A stretch of DNA of 64,000 nucleotides from Minisyncoccota bacterium (GTDB taxonomy: Bacteria > Patescibacteriota > Minisyncoccia > UBA6257 > 2-01-FULL-56-20). Every line of letters begins with the position of its first letter. Positions within the stretch are counted from its first letter, which is position 1. The notes beneath the pieces are model-generated. The model had not been told where the DNA came from and made no database searches. It saw nothing but the letters and a program-made list of their open reading frames with translations. Positions 1 through 8,426 of the stretch are shown piece by piece. The stretch lies in assembly GCA_035509435.1 (NCBI GenBank), contig DATJLR010000002.1, positions 330,338 to 394,337 of the forward strand, in the 5' to 3' direction. The translations under genes and the position numbers were made by a program.

Positions 1-61
1 TCAAAGATCACGTCGAACTACTGACTGCGTAGCTTTGTTGAGTACACAATTATTTACGCAA

Positions 62-89
62 GAGGCACCTTAGTGGGTGCCTCTTTTTT
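62..89 (+). terminator. Rho-independent terminator (GAGGCACC...GGUGCCUC stem plus U6) for a gene ending just left of or at the window start
   Basis: Perfect 8-bp inverted repeat followed by TTTTTT read directly from the sequence. Confidence 0.6.
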
Positions 90-220
90 GTGCGCCGGGC
101 AGGATGGGCTGATAAGAATCAGCCGAATTGGTTCGCTCGTCGAAAATAAATCTTTGCTTTATTTTCTCCTCGCTGCCAATTCCCGAACCCTAAAGGGTTC
201 TTATCCTGCCCAACATAGAC

Positions 221-255
221 AAACAAAAATGGCATCTTTGATGCCATTTTTGTTT
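221..255. terminator. Perfect 15-bp palindromic hairpin (AAACAAAAAUGGCAU-CUUUG-AUGCCAUUUUUGUUU), U-rich on both strands; bidirectional terminator-like
   Basis: Inverted repeat seen in sequence between the tRNA-Tyr region and the upstream gene. Confidence 0.45.
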
Positions 256-305
256 GCGGTGCGGGGTATCGGACCAGGTTCGAACCTATTTGGACAATTT
301 CTGAA

Positions 306-641
306 CTACCCCTGAAGGCCCATTAACATAAATCCTATTAAAGCGATAAGAAAATATATAAGGGAAAGAATTAAAAAAATAACGCCAACAATTCGAGATG
401 TTTTGGATTTCTTGCTGATAAGAATAAGCGAAAATATAAATGCCGCCGTATTTAGAGATAGAGCGATTACCCAAATTAAGCCTCCATAAGGAGTATTATT
501 AACAAGCCCATTCTGCATATTAACGTTGTTATAAACCCCGCCAACGATATATGGCGATATGACAAGAATTATTAAAACCAAAACATCCCACCAAGAAAAC
601 TTATATTCTTTTACCGAAGAAGTTTGCTTTTGTTCTTCCAT
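306..641 (-). CDS. Hypothetical small membrane protein (111 aa from MEEQKQ...), in a low-GC stretch
   Basis: ORF with two strongly hydrophobic segments; the upstream part of the ORF-track entry overlaps the tRNA and is discarded; AT-rich composition lowers confidence. Confidence 0.3.
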   Translation of the reverse strand: MEEQKQTSSVKEYKFSWWDVLVLIILVISPYIVGGVYNNVNMQNGLVNNTPYGGLIWVIALSLNTAAFIFSLILISKKSKTSRIVGVIFLILSLIYFLIALIGFMLMGLQG

Positions 642-671
642 AAGATTATTATAACACCTCAATAAAATTTG

Positions 672-755
672 TGCGCCGGGCAGGATTCGAACCTGCGTAG
701 CCCATAGGGCGACAGATTTACAGTCTGTTGCGATTGACCACTCCGCCACCGACGC
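672..755 (-). tRNA. tRNA-Tyr (anticodon GTA), class II with long variable arm
   Basis: Manual fold: acceptor GCGTCGG/CCGGCGC (one G-U), D arm, anticodon stem ACAGA/TCTGT with loop CT-GTA-AA, long variable arm, T arm GCAGG-TTCGAAT-CCTGC; CCA not encoded. Confidence 0.85.
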
Positions 756-761
756 ATTTAT

Positions 762-1094
762 TTAATTGTCTGATTCGCCGCCCTCCTTATTCTGCCCGCT
801 GATCTCTTTAAAATCAATGGCCGGGCGCTTGTCGGCTTCGGGCTTCACTTTTTGGAGGTGCTTGGAGAGCGAGTTGTCGAACTTGAGCACCATCACCTTC
901 AGCTTGCGCAGGAACTTGTTGAGGAAGCTGTTGAACGCCGCATCGATGCGCTCCGGCATCTCGGAGGTCGCCCAGCGTTCGAGAAACCCTTTCTCGTCGG
1001 TCGGAACCTCCTCGATGCGCGGCAATGCCTGGACCGTAAGATACAGCACGGTGCCCAGGCAGACCATCAGGATGATCGTGAAGATGAATTCCAT
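762..1094 (-). CDS. Hypothetical protein with N-terminal transmembrane anchor
   Basis: 110-aa ORF with hydrophobic N-terminus, immediately downstream of tsf (stop/start share 1094). Confidence 0.5.
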   Translation of the reverse strand: MEFIFTIILMVCLGTVLYLTVQALPRIEEVPTDEKGFLERWATSEMPERIDAAFNSFLNKFLRKLKVMVLKFDNSLSKHLQKVKPEADKRPAIDFKEISGQNKEGGESDN

Positions 1095-1564
1095 TATGCC
1101 TCGATGCGGGAGAATTCCTTTATCGTGACGTTCTCCCCCACTTTTGCGACCACTTCGCTTACCACGATCTTTATCGTTTTTGATTCATCTTTGATATACG
1201 GTTGGGCAAGCAGCTCATCCACATCTTTTGGCGCTGCCGCCGCGATGTGCATCGCAAGATCGTGCGCAAGTTCCTTGAACGGCTCCGAACGGACGACAAA
1301 GTCCGTTTCCGCGCTCAAATGGAGCAGCACGCCGATGCGGTCGTTGTGCACGTATGTCTCGACAAGGCCCGCGCCCGTTTCGCGGTCCGCGCGCTTCTCC
1401 ATCTTTGCGAGGCCCTTCTCGCGGATGATCTTTGCCGCCTCGTCCATGTCGCCGTTCGCCTCGATGAGCGCTTTCCTGCAGTCCATCACTCCCGCGCTCG
1501 TGATGTCGCGCAACTTTTGGACCGCCTCTGCCGTAACTCCAGTTTTCGTTTCCATAGTTTTCAA
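1094..1564 (-). CDS. tsf: Translation elongation factor Ts, short form (156 aa)
   Basis: N-terminal UBA-like motif AEAVQKLRDITSAGVMDCRKAL typical of EF-Ts; conserved rpsB-tsf order. Confidence 0.9.
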   Translation of the reverse strand: MKTMETKTGVTAEAVQKLRDITSAGVMDCRKALIEANGDMDEAAKIIREKGLAKMEKRADRETGAGLVETYVHNDRIGVLLHLSAETDFVVRSEPFKELAHDLAMHIAAAAPKDVDELLAQPYIKDESKTIKIVVSEVVAKVGENVTIKEFSRIEA

Positions 1565-1584
1565 TTATACACCCTTCGCTAAAT

Positions 1585-2364
1585 TTATTTTTCCGCTGTC
1601 GGCGCTTTCGCTTCCGGCGCCACCGCCGCGCGTGCCTTCACTCCATCTTCGTATGCGTTGCCCACGCGCTCCAGGAACCATTCGATGCTTTTCTTGGCCT
1701 TGTCGTTTCCTGGCACGACATAGTTGATCTTGTCGGGATCTGCGTCCACGTTCGCGAGCGCGACGACCGGGATCTTCTTGGTGTTTGCCTCGCTGACTGC
1801 CGTGTGGTGCAGCATCGGGTCTACGATCACGACGACATCGGGCTCTTTCGTCATATTCTCCAAGCCGCCCATCAATTCTTCGAGCCGCTTCATTTCGCGC
1901 TCCATTTCCAGCCGCTCCTTCTTGGTGTACTTGCTGACGAGCGCGCCGGAGGCGAGGTCAGTGCGGAGCTTTTTGAGGTGCTCAACGCGCTTGGCGATGA
2001 TCTTGAAGTTCGTGATCGCGCCGCCCACCCAGCGGGTCGTGACGTACGGCAAGCTGAATTTTGTGGCGAGGGCGCTCACGCTTGCTTCCGCCGCCGGTTC
2101 AGTGCCCACGAGGAGCACGAGACCGTTGTTGCGCGCGCGCTCTTTGATGAACGCCGCCGCGGCATCCATCATTTCTTCCGTCTTCTGGAGGTTGATGATC
2201 TCGATCCCGCCCCGATTGGCGAGCACAAAGGGGCGCATCTTGGGGTTGGTCTTGCTCTTTTTGCGGCCATAAAAAACGCCCGCATCCATCATTTCGCGGG
2301 ACCCTTCCGCCGGATATCCCGACGTCTGGTTGTTTTGCGTGGTCACTGCTGTGTTTTCTGGCAT
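1585..2364 (-). CDS. rpsB: 30S ribosomal protein S2 (true start may be the MM pair at 2292)
   Basis: Motifs GVFYG, NPKM, IINLQKT, VVIVDP match S2; genomic context with tsf. Confidence 0.9.
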   Translation of the reverse strand: MPENTAVTTQNNQTSGYPAEGSREMMDAGVFYGRKKSKTNPKMRPFVLANRGGIEIINLQKTEEMMDAAAAFIKERARNNGLVLLVGTEPAAEASVSALATKFSLPYVTTRWVGGAITNFKIIAKRVEHLKKLRTDLASGALVSKYTKKERLEMEREMKRLEELMGGLENMTKEPDVVVIVDPMLHHTAVSEANTKKIPVVALANVDADPDKINYVVPGNDKAKKSIEWFLERVGNAYEDGVKARAAVAPEAKAPTAEK

Positions 2365-2521
2365 AGGGAGAATTATAGCAAAGGCGCGGAGATAGTCAAA
2401 TCATACATAAAAAAGACCCATTGCCGGATCTTTTTTATAACTTGCGGTGAAAGGCACCGCGGCCCCCTCGACAGGTATTATTCATAATACGCGCGCCTTT
2501 ATGAATGTCAATTCGGATCAA

Positions 2522-2560
2522 TGGCGGACCACCGGGAAATCGAACCCCGAACTGCCGTCT
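2522..2560 (-). other. tRNA-like 3' fragment (T-arm CGGGG-TTCGATT-TCCCG plus acceptor 3' strand plus encoded CCA) with no matching 5' half
   Basis: Minus-strand reading ...cagttcggggttcgatttcccggtggtccgCCA; upstream 50 nt cannot be folded into acceptor, D or anticodon arms. Confidence 0.3.
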
Positions 2561-2654
2561 GTCGAGAGGGCCGTGATACCGTTTCACCAGTGGCCCCCAC
2601 TGACCAGCGAAATGTAGCACGCAGGCGATTAAAATCCTGTTAAACCTTTTCTGC

Positions 2655-3704
2655 TTAGTGGCTGAGGAAGAAGATCACCAAGCCGAGCGCGCAGAAGATG
2701 GCCGAGACGATCCAGAAGCGCATCGTCACCTGCGACTCGGGCCAGCCGAGCGCTTCGAAGTGGTGGTGGATCGGCGCGGAGCGGAACACTTTTTTGCCGT
2801 GGCGCAGTTTCTTTGACGTCACCTGGATGATCACTGAAAGCGATTCGAGCACGAGGATGATCGTGAAGAACGGGAGGATAAGCGTGGTGTTCGTGAGCAT
2901 CGCGATGACGCCGATCGTGACGCCGAGCGACATCGAGCCCGTGTCCCCCATCATGAACTTTGCCGGATAGATGTTGAACCACAGGAACGCGAGGAGCGCG
3001 CCGATCACGACGCCGCTGAACGCGGCGAGGTCATAGCGATGCAGGACGAACGCCACCGTGGCGAGCGAGACGAACGCGAAGAGCGCCACGCCGCCGAAAA
3101 GCCCGTCGAGCCCATCCGTCTCGTTCGCGCTGAACGCGCTCGCGAAGATGATGAAGAGGAATATCGGGATGTACCACGCGCCGATCGTCACGTTGCCCAC
3201 GAACGGGACCGCGAGGACGTCCCACTGGAGCCGGAAGTAGAACCACCACGCGCCGATGCACGCCATGATAAAGTACATGATCGCTTTTTGCCTGACCTTC
3301 AATCCCCCGCCGGAAGCGCCGCCGAGGCCGAGGGCTCCCAGCCAGTCGTCGAGCAGGCCAAGAAGCGCGGCGATCGCGAGCGCGGCGATCGGCAGATATG
3401 TTTCCGCACGATCCACAAAATTGAAGTACGTCCATACGCCCCCGAACAAATGATTAAAAAGATCGAAAATGAGCGCCATGCCGAGCACGGTGCTCCAGAT
3501 GATGATGCCCGCGCTCGTCGGCGTGCCCGCTTTGTTCTTATGGAGCTCGCTGAAAATAGGCGTATCCGTACGCAGCTGTTTGCCGAATTTATATTTTTTT
3601 AAGAACGCGAACCAGAGCGGCGTGATCACGAGCGCGATCACGAACGAGATCGTGGTCAATATCGTGACCCGTACCGCTTCGCTGAGGAGCATGGATTGCG
3701 TCAT
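2655..3704 (-). CDS. mraY: Phospho-N-acetylmuramoyl-pentapeptide transferase
   Basis: Ten-TM profile, motifs NETDGLDGL and PIHHHFE. Confidence 0.9.
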   Translation of the reverse strand: MTQSMLLSEAVRVTILTTISFVIALVITPLWFAFLKKYKFGKQLRTDTPIFSELHKNKAGTPTSAGIIIWSTVLGMALIFDLFNHLFGGVWTYFNFVDRAETYLPIAALAIAALLGLLDDWLGALGLGGASGGGLKVRQKAIMYFIMACIGAWWFYFRLQWDVLAVPFVGNVTIGAWYIPIFLFIIFASAFSANETDGLDGLFGGVALFAFVSLATVAFVLHRYDLAAFSGVVIGALLAFLWFNIYPAKFMMGDTGSMSLGVTIGVIAMLTNTTLILPFFTIILVLESLSVIIQVTSKKLRHGKKVFRSAPIHHHFEALGWPESQVTMRFWIVSAIFCALGLVIFFLSH

Positions 3705-3710
3705 TGATCG

Positions 3711-4721
3711 CTATTTATAATTTTGCCGGAACCAGGCAAAGAGGTTCGAGGTGTTCTGGAACGGCAGCGCCGGCGCGCCGAGCACGACGATCAGCACCGG
3801 ATGGCCGTCATAGTTGAATATGGAGAGCAGGTTGCCGCCTGCCTGCGGCGTGTTGCCCGTCTTTCCGCCCACGAATACCGATTCTCCAGCAAAAGCGTTG
3901 ATGCTTTTTACCTCGATCGTCCTTCCGGAATTGAGTTCGGTCATTGTCCATGTCGGCGTGTCGGTGAGCGTAAGGATCTCGGGATAGTTTTGATAGATAT
4001 GCTGGGCAAGGATCAAAAAGTCGCTTGCGCTTGATTCGTTCGCCGCGGAAATGCCCGATGTGTCCGCAAAGTAGGTGTCGGTCATCCCCCATTGCGCCGC
4101 ACGCGCGTTCATCTCGCTCATGAATTGCGCGTGGCCGATCGTGTCTGCCATCGCTTCCGCAGCGACGTTGCTGGACGGCATAAGCATGAGGTGGAGCAGG
4201 TCTTCCACGGTGTACGTACCGCCGATCGCGAGCGTATACTCGTCCGGATCGACGGAGAACATCTGCGGCGTGATCGTGATGCGCGTGTTTGTGGGCAGCT
4301 GGTCGAGGATGAGTGTTGCGGTCATGAGCTTGGTGAGCGATGCGGTCGGCCACCGCGCATTGACGTTCGAACCGGCGAGGACGGCGCCAGTCGTAAGATC
4401 GGCCACCATATATGCTTTATTGCTGAAGATCGGAAGCGGTGTGTCGCCGGTTCGCGTAAAAACAGTGTCGGTGGCGGCAGGCGGGACGCCATCGGTCGCT
4501 GCATTGCCGTCATTGTCATCCGGCGCGGTAGCACTGATCGTCGTCTGCGGCAGCACAAGCTTTGTTGGCTGGTTCGTGGACGATTGCGCGGCGGAGGCGG
4601 TCTGTCCCTGGTCGGCATCGGCACGCGAGGGTACGCCGGAGATGTTCGGATACACGTATCGCACGAACGCTATCGCGCCGATGATCACCAATAAAAAAAT
4701 GATTTTCTCTGATCGCTTCAT
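3711..4721 (-). CDS. D-alanyl-D-alanine carboxypeptidase (S11 family, PBP5/6-like) with N-terminal TM and low-complexity linker
   Basis: SxxK (SLTKLMT), SxN (SSN) and KTG motifs present in the canonical order. Confidence 0.85.
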   Translation of the reverse strand: MKRSEKIIFLLVIIGAIAFVRYVYPNISGVPSRADADQGQTASAAQSSTNQPTKLVLPQTTISATAPDDNDGNAATDGVPPAATDTVFTRTGDTPLPIFSNKAYMVADLTTGAVLAGSNVNARWPTASLTKLMTATLILDQLPTNTRITITPQMFSVDPDEYTLAIGGTYTVEDLLHLMLMPSSNVAAEAMADTIGHAQFMSEMNARAAQWGMTDTYFADTSGISAANESSASDFLILAQHIYQNYPEILTLTDTPTWTMTELNSGRTIEVKSINAFAGESVFVGGKTGNTPQAGGNLLSIFNYDGHPVLIVVLGAPALPFQNTSNLFAWFRQNYK

Positions 4722-4736
4722 ATATAAATAGGGCCG

Positions 4737-5318
4737 CTATTGCGCTTCTGCGGTTTCGGTGCCCGGCAGGGGCTCGGTTTGGGGCTGCGGCTGGTCGAAC
4801 ACTTTTAGCAGCTCCTGGAATTTTTCATAATCCGGCAGACCCTCCTTTTCTTTTATCCCGAGATGCTTCATGAGGTCAAATGTACCGCGGTAGAGGAAGC
4901 TCGCGGGGTGCTCCGGATCGGGAGAGCGGTCCACGAGGCCGCGGATCATCAAGCTGCGCAGGATGACGATGGAATTCACGCCGCGCAGATACTCAAGCCG
5001 CGCACGGGAGATCGGCCCAAGATACGCGATGATAGAGAGCGCCTCGAGCGACGCGGGCGTCAGATCCTCGGAGATCTCCTCCTTCATAAAGCTTTCCAGA
5101 ATATTGTTGAAGTCCGGCTTAGTGGCAAGCTGGACCTTTTCGCGATCGGAAACAAGCTGAAGGCCGCGGTCGGCGGATTCGAGATCGGTCGTTAATCCGG
5201 CGATGAGCGTTTCGAGCTCGTCTTTTTCTATTCCAAGAACGGACTGTATTTTTTTATACGTAAGGGGTTCGCCGTGGATAAAAAGCAATGCTTCAAGTGC
5301 TGCGCGTCCGTTTTTCAT
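4737..5318 (-). CDS. scpB: Segregation and condensation protein B
   Basis: N-terminal LEALLFIHGEPL winged-helix signature; adjacent to scpA. Confidence 0.85.
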   Translation of the reverse strand: MKNGRAALEALLFIHGEPLTYKKIQSVLGIEKDELETLIAGLTTDLESADRGLQLVSDREKVQLATKPDFNNILESFMKEEISEDLTPASLEALSIIAYLGPISRARLEYLRGVNSIVILRSLMIRGLVDRSPDPEHPASFLYRGTFDLMKHLGIKEKEGLPDYEKFQELLKVFDQPQPQTEPLPGTETAEAQ

Positions 5319-5328
5319 GATCTTTTAA

Positions 5329-6093
5329 TCACTTTTTCTTCACCATTATATCAGAAAAATTATCCATCTGCTCCAGGAGGACGAGCTGCTCGCGCGCGAG
5401 GTGGAGTATCGCGAGGAAGACCACGATCATCTCGCCCCGCGATTTTTCGCCGGACAGGTTGCCGAAGCGCATATCCCCTTCTTTTTGGATGCGGCCGAGC
5501 ACTTCGCTGATCTTTTCCTCGAGCGTGACAATCTTCTCCCGGATGGTCTCCGTCTCCAGATCATACGTTTTGATGGAGTCAAATATACTGCCCAATGCCG
5601 CGGCGAGCGCCTCGGTGTCCAGGTTGGCGCCGGGATAGAACATCGTCTGGCCCGGGATGTTGCCCGTGCCGCGGCCGAGGAAGTATGGCCGGCTGAACGA
5701 GTGGTGGCTCGTTTGCCAGAGCCGGTTGATCAGCTTGATCGCGGGTTTGAGCTGTTGATAGATATGCAGGCGCGCCTCGAGGTCTTTGATGTCTGCTTCC
5801 TCCTCTTCGGTCAGCGCGAGGCCCGGCAATAAATACTTCGACTTCAGAAATATCAATTTGCTCGCGACGGAAACAAAGTCCGCGAGAACGCGCAGGTCGC
5901 CCCGGAATTTGACCTCCGCCTCCGCAGCGGCATCGCCGCTCAGCCCGCTTTTGAACGTCTCCAGGTATTTCAAAAAATCGTCCGTGACCTTGGCCAAACT
6001 GACCTCGCTCACGTCCATCTTCTCCGCCTCTATGAGCTCCAGCAACTTCTCGAGCGGCCCGCTGAACTCCCCTACGCGCGTTTCATATTCCAT
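5329..6093 (-). CDS. scpA: Segregation and condensation protein A (kleisin)
   Basis: N-terminal FSGPLEKLLELIE motif typical of ScpA; scpA-scpB pair. Confidence 0.85.
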   Translation of the reverse strand: MEYETRVGEFSGPLEKLLELIEAEKMDVSEVSLAKVTDDFLKYLETFKSGLSGDAAAEAEVKFRGDLRVLADFVSVASKLIFLKSKYLLPGLALTEEEEADIKDLEARLHIYQQLKPAIKLINRLWQTSHHSFSRPYFLGRGTGNIPGQTMFYPGANLDTEALAAALGSIFDSIKTYDLETETIREKIVTLEEKISEVLGRIQKEGDMRFGNLSGEKSRGEMIVVFLAILHLAREQLVLLEQMDNFSDIMVKKK

Positions 6094-6165
6094 GGGATCA
6101 ATATTCTGATGATAGAAGAAACGGATAGAAGAATCAATTTAAGATGTTTTTAATGACGAGTATGT

Positions 6166-6558
6166 ATGCTGCTATGGATGCAAAAAGATTTCGACCGCTG
6201 GAATGCTCAAAAATCAAAACTGAACAACGAGATTACCACTCAGTTGTTTAAAGAACGCGAGATCTGGTTCTGTTACCTAGGATTGAATATCGGGCACGAG
6301 CAGGATGGAGGTGTAAAAACTTTTCTCCGGCCAGTGATCGTTTTAAAGAAAATTTCTAACGAAATGTTTTTTGGTATCCCTCTCACGCGTACGCCAAGAT
6401 TTGGAAAAGAATATTTTACGATAATCAACAATCACGGCGTTGGGTTTGCCATGCTCTCGCAGGGGCGCACATTGGACGCCCGACGTATTAAATATTGTTC
6501 GGCGATTATACCAGAAGATGAATTCGAATCACTCAAGCTTTGTTTCCTTTTATTTTAA
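6166..6558 (+). CDS. PemK/MazF-family toxin-like protein (mRNA interferase fold), no adjacent antitoxin
   Basis: Core REIWFCYLGLNIGHEQDGGVKTFLRPVIVLKK matches the MazF/PemK signature (GDIYxADLxPxxGSEQxGxRPVLV); low-GC segment. Confidence 0.7.
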   Translation: MLLWMQKDFDRWNAQKSKLNNEITTQLFKEREIWFCYLGLNIGHEQDGGVKTFLRPVIVLKKISNEMFFGIPLTRTPRFGKEYFTIINNHGVGFAMLSQGRTLDARRIKYCSAIIPEDEFESLKLCFLLF

Positions 6559-6699
6559 GTATTCTATAAAAACGTTACTCCCGCCCGGTCTGCGCGCCAG
6601 ACATCTATGGGACGGGAGAGCAATAGGACTTTTTCAGTCCTGCTATTAGAATAAATTTCTTGTGCGCAAAGTCAAATGAAATTTAATGATATTTTAATA

Positions 6700-7130
6700 A
6701 ATTTATTACCCTAAAATTAGAAAGGCCCGCTCACGGGTGAGACGGGCCGAAGGGCAACTGAGAACTGGACTCAGAAGGTGCATTTCAAATGCACTGATAC
6801 CCTGGGAAGAAAGCTCCCTCGACCGAATTATCGGCGCTCGGGAACTTACAATCGCGGTTTCCAGCAACCGCGAAGGATTACGTGCTCCTATGGGAGCGAA
6901 GGACCAATGGTCCGGTAAAAAAAGAACTGTTGTCGGGTCATGCAACCGCCTGCACGAACCCGACCATTATAACACGCATATTGCCAGCCGATGGCAGTCT
7001 CGACTGACGCACCCCTGTTCTTCCCCCGCAGACCGAGGAACGCCTTTTGGGAGTCCGGATTAGCTCAGCTACTGCGTTTCCACAGTAAGGTGTCAGGGTC
7101 AATCCGGATCAAGCACCCTAACTCAGGACA
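6700..7130 (-). ncRNA. Candidate structured ncRNA (~420 nt) with its own promoter and intrinsic terminator; class unresolved (SRP RNA, RNase P RNA or other)
   Basis: GC-rich, hairpin-dense, no protein-like ORF on either strand; minus-strand -35 TTGACA/16 nt/-10 TATACT at ~7157-7130; minus-strand terminator hairpin GGCCCGUCUCACCCGUGAGCGGGCC plus UUUCUAAUUUU at 6752-6705. Confidence 0.45.
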
Positions 7131-7190
7131 GTATAGCATATCCATAAATCCTGTCAAGCCCCTGTCAATGCCTAATTTCCAGCGTATAAT
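7130..7190. promoter_or_regulatory. Divergent overlapping sigma70-like promoters: minus-strand promoter for the ncRNA candidate and plus-strand CTGTCA/16 nt/TATAAT placing the TSS at or next to the dnaX ATG (leaderless dnaX)
   Basis: Hexamers read from sequence; TATAAT ends 8 nt before the dnaX ATG at 7199. Confidence 0.4.
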
Positions 7191-7198
7191 AGCAATAC

Positions 7199-8308
7199 AT
7201 GGCACAAGCGCTCTATCGAAAATACCGGCCGCAAAAATTGGACGATGTCCTCGGCCAGGAGACGAACGTCGAGATCCTTAAGAATGCCGCGAAGGCGGGG
7301 CGGCTGGGGCAGGCTTACATCTTTTATGGCGCGCGCGGGACAGGTAAGACGACGACGGCACGGTTGATCGCAAAATTGCTCAACTGCGAAAAACGTCGCA
7401 CCGATCCGAAGTTCGCCGCGCTCGGCGAGCCGTGCAACGAATGCCGCGAGTGCCTGGCGATCGACGCGCAGAACTCGTTCGATGTCGTGGAAATCGACGC
7501 TGCGTCCAATCGCGGCATCGACGAGATCCGCAACCTTAAGGAAAACATCCGCACGTCGCCCGCGAGCGCCGAGCACAAGGTCTACATTATAGACGAAGCA
7601 CACATGCTGACCGGCGCGGCGTTCAACGCCCTGCTCAAAACGCTCGAAGAACCGCCCAAGCACGCGGTGATCATTCTCGCGACGACGGAATTTGAAAAGT
7701 TGCCGCCGACGATTACTTCGCGCGCCCAGCGGTTCGTGTTCAAGAAACTGTCCAAGGCGACGATCATCGAAAAGCTCACCGACATCGCAAAGAAGGAAAA
7801 GATAAAGATCGATGACGCGGCGATCGAGCTCATCGCCGCCGCCGCGGAAGGAAGCTTCCGCGACGCGGAGTCGTTGCTCGACCAGATCTCATCGCTCGCG
7901 AGCGCGAAGGGCATCTCCCTTGCCGACGCCGAGCGCGTCACCGGCCGCACCGGCCTCAAGAAGGTCCACGAGATGGCGCAGTTCATCGTCGCGCGCGATG
8001 TAAAAGGGGCGCTTGGCTACCTGAACGAGCTGAACGAGGATGGCCACAACCTGGTGCAGTTCGCCAAAGACCTCATCCATTATCTGCGCAAAGTGCTGTC
8101 GCTCAAGATCAATCCGTCGCTCAAGGCGGTGATGGAACGCGACCTCACGCGTGACGAGGTCGCCGCCGCGATCGCGCTCGGCGCGGACGCCGATGCCGCC
8201 GCGCTTGTGAAGTTCGAGAAGGCGCTCATCCGCGCGTACGCGGAGATGCGCTACTCCCCTTTTGCCATCGTCCCGCTCGAAGTGGCGCTCGTGGAACAGC
8301 TCTCGTAG
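7199..8308 (+). CDS. dnaX: DNA polymerase III subunit gamma/tau, short gamma-only form (369 aa)
   Basis: YRPQKLDDVLGQE, Walker A GARGTGKTT, DEAH-like IIDEAHML and the clamp-loader box. Confidence 0.9.
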   Translation: MAQALYRKYRPQKLDDVLGQETNVEILKNAAKAGRLGQAYIFYGARGTGKTTTARLIAKLLNCEKRRTDPKFAALGEPCNECRECLAIDAQNSFDVVEIDAASNRGIDEIRNLKENIRTSPASAEHKVYIIDEAHMLTGAAFNALLKTLEEPPKHAVIILATTEFEKLPPTITSRAQRFVFKKLSKATIIEKLTDIAKKEKIKIDDAAIELIAAAAEGSFRDAESLLDQISSLASAKGISLADAERVTGRTGLKKVHEMAQFIVARDVKGALGYLNELNEDGHNLVQFAKDLIHYLRKVLSLKINPSLKAVMERDLTRDEVAAAIALGADADAAALVKFEKALIRAYAEMRYSPFAIVPLEVALVEQLS

Positions 8309-8354
8309 ACAAAAATCGCGCGGTGCGTATAATAAGAAACGTTCGCAATACCAT

Positions 8355-8426
8355 TGCCGGATCATCTAATGGTAGGATAGTGGACTCTGAATCCATTCAT
8401 CTTGGTTCGAATCCAAGTCCGGCAGC
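8355..8426 (+). tRNA. tRNA-Gln (anticodon CTG)
   Basis: Acceptor TGCCGGA/TCCGGCA, anticodon stem TGGA/TCCA with loop CT-CTG-AA, T-loop GGTTCGAATCC; CCA not encoded. Confidence 0.8.

Noticed and set aside
84-320. Additional tRNA genes next to tRNA-Tyr (GCGCCGGGCAGGAT... at 92 and GGTTCGAACC at 275)
   Set aside because: Neither region folds into a cloverleaf; the second is a palindromic AGGTTCGAACCT with too little upstream sequence for D/anticodon arms. Possibly decayed tRNA fragments, not callable.
852-2487. Long plus-strand ORFs (852..1727, 1804..2487 and similar) overlapping tsf and rpsB; the same pattern occurs antisense to mraY, dac, typA, HK and others (e.g. 3039..3602, 4075..4731, 33983..34633, 26352..27253)
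   Set aside because: Arg/Ala/His-rich low-complexity translations with no motifs, lying antisense to well-supported conserved genes; these are the open-frame artefacts typical of high-GC DNA.
2497-2650. Full-length tmRNA at the tRNA-like fragment
   Set aside because: Only ~120 nt are available between the fragment and mraY, and no tmRNA 5' domain (GGGGxUGAUUCUGGAUUCGAC) is adjacent.
6700-7198. Specific call of RNase P RNA or tmRNA for the structured RNA
   Set aside because: The invariant P4 strands (AGGAAAGUCCGG / ACAGA-CCGGCUUA) could not be found on either strand, and no tRNA-like T-arm/CCA end precedes the terminator as tmRNA would require; only weak motif resemblance, so the class is left open.
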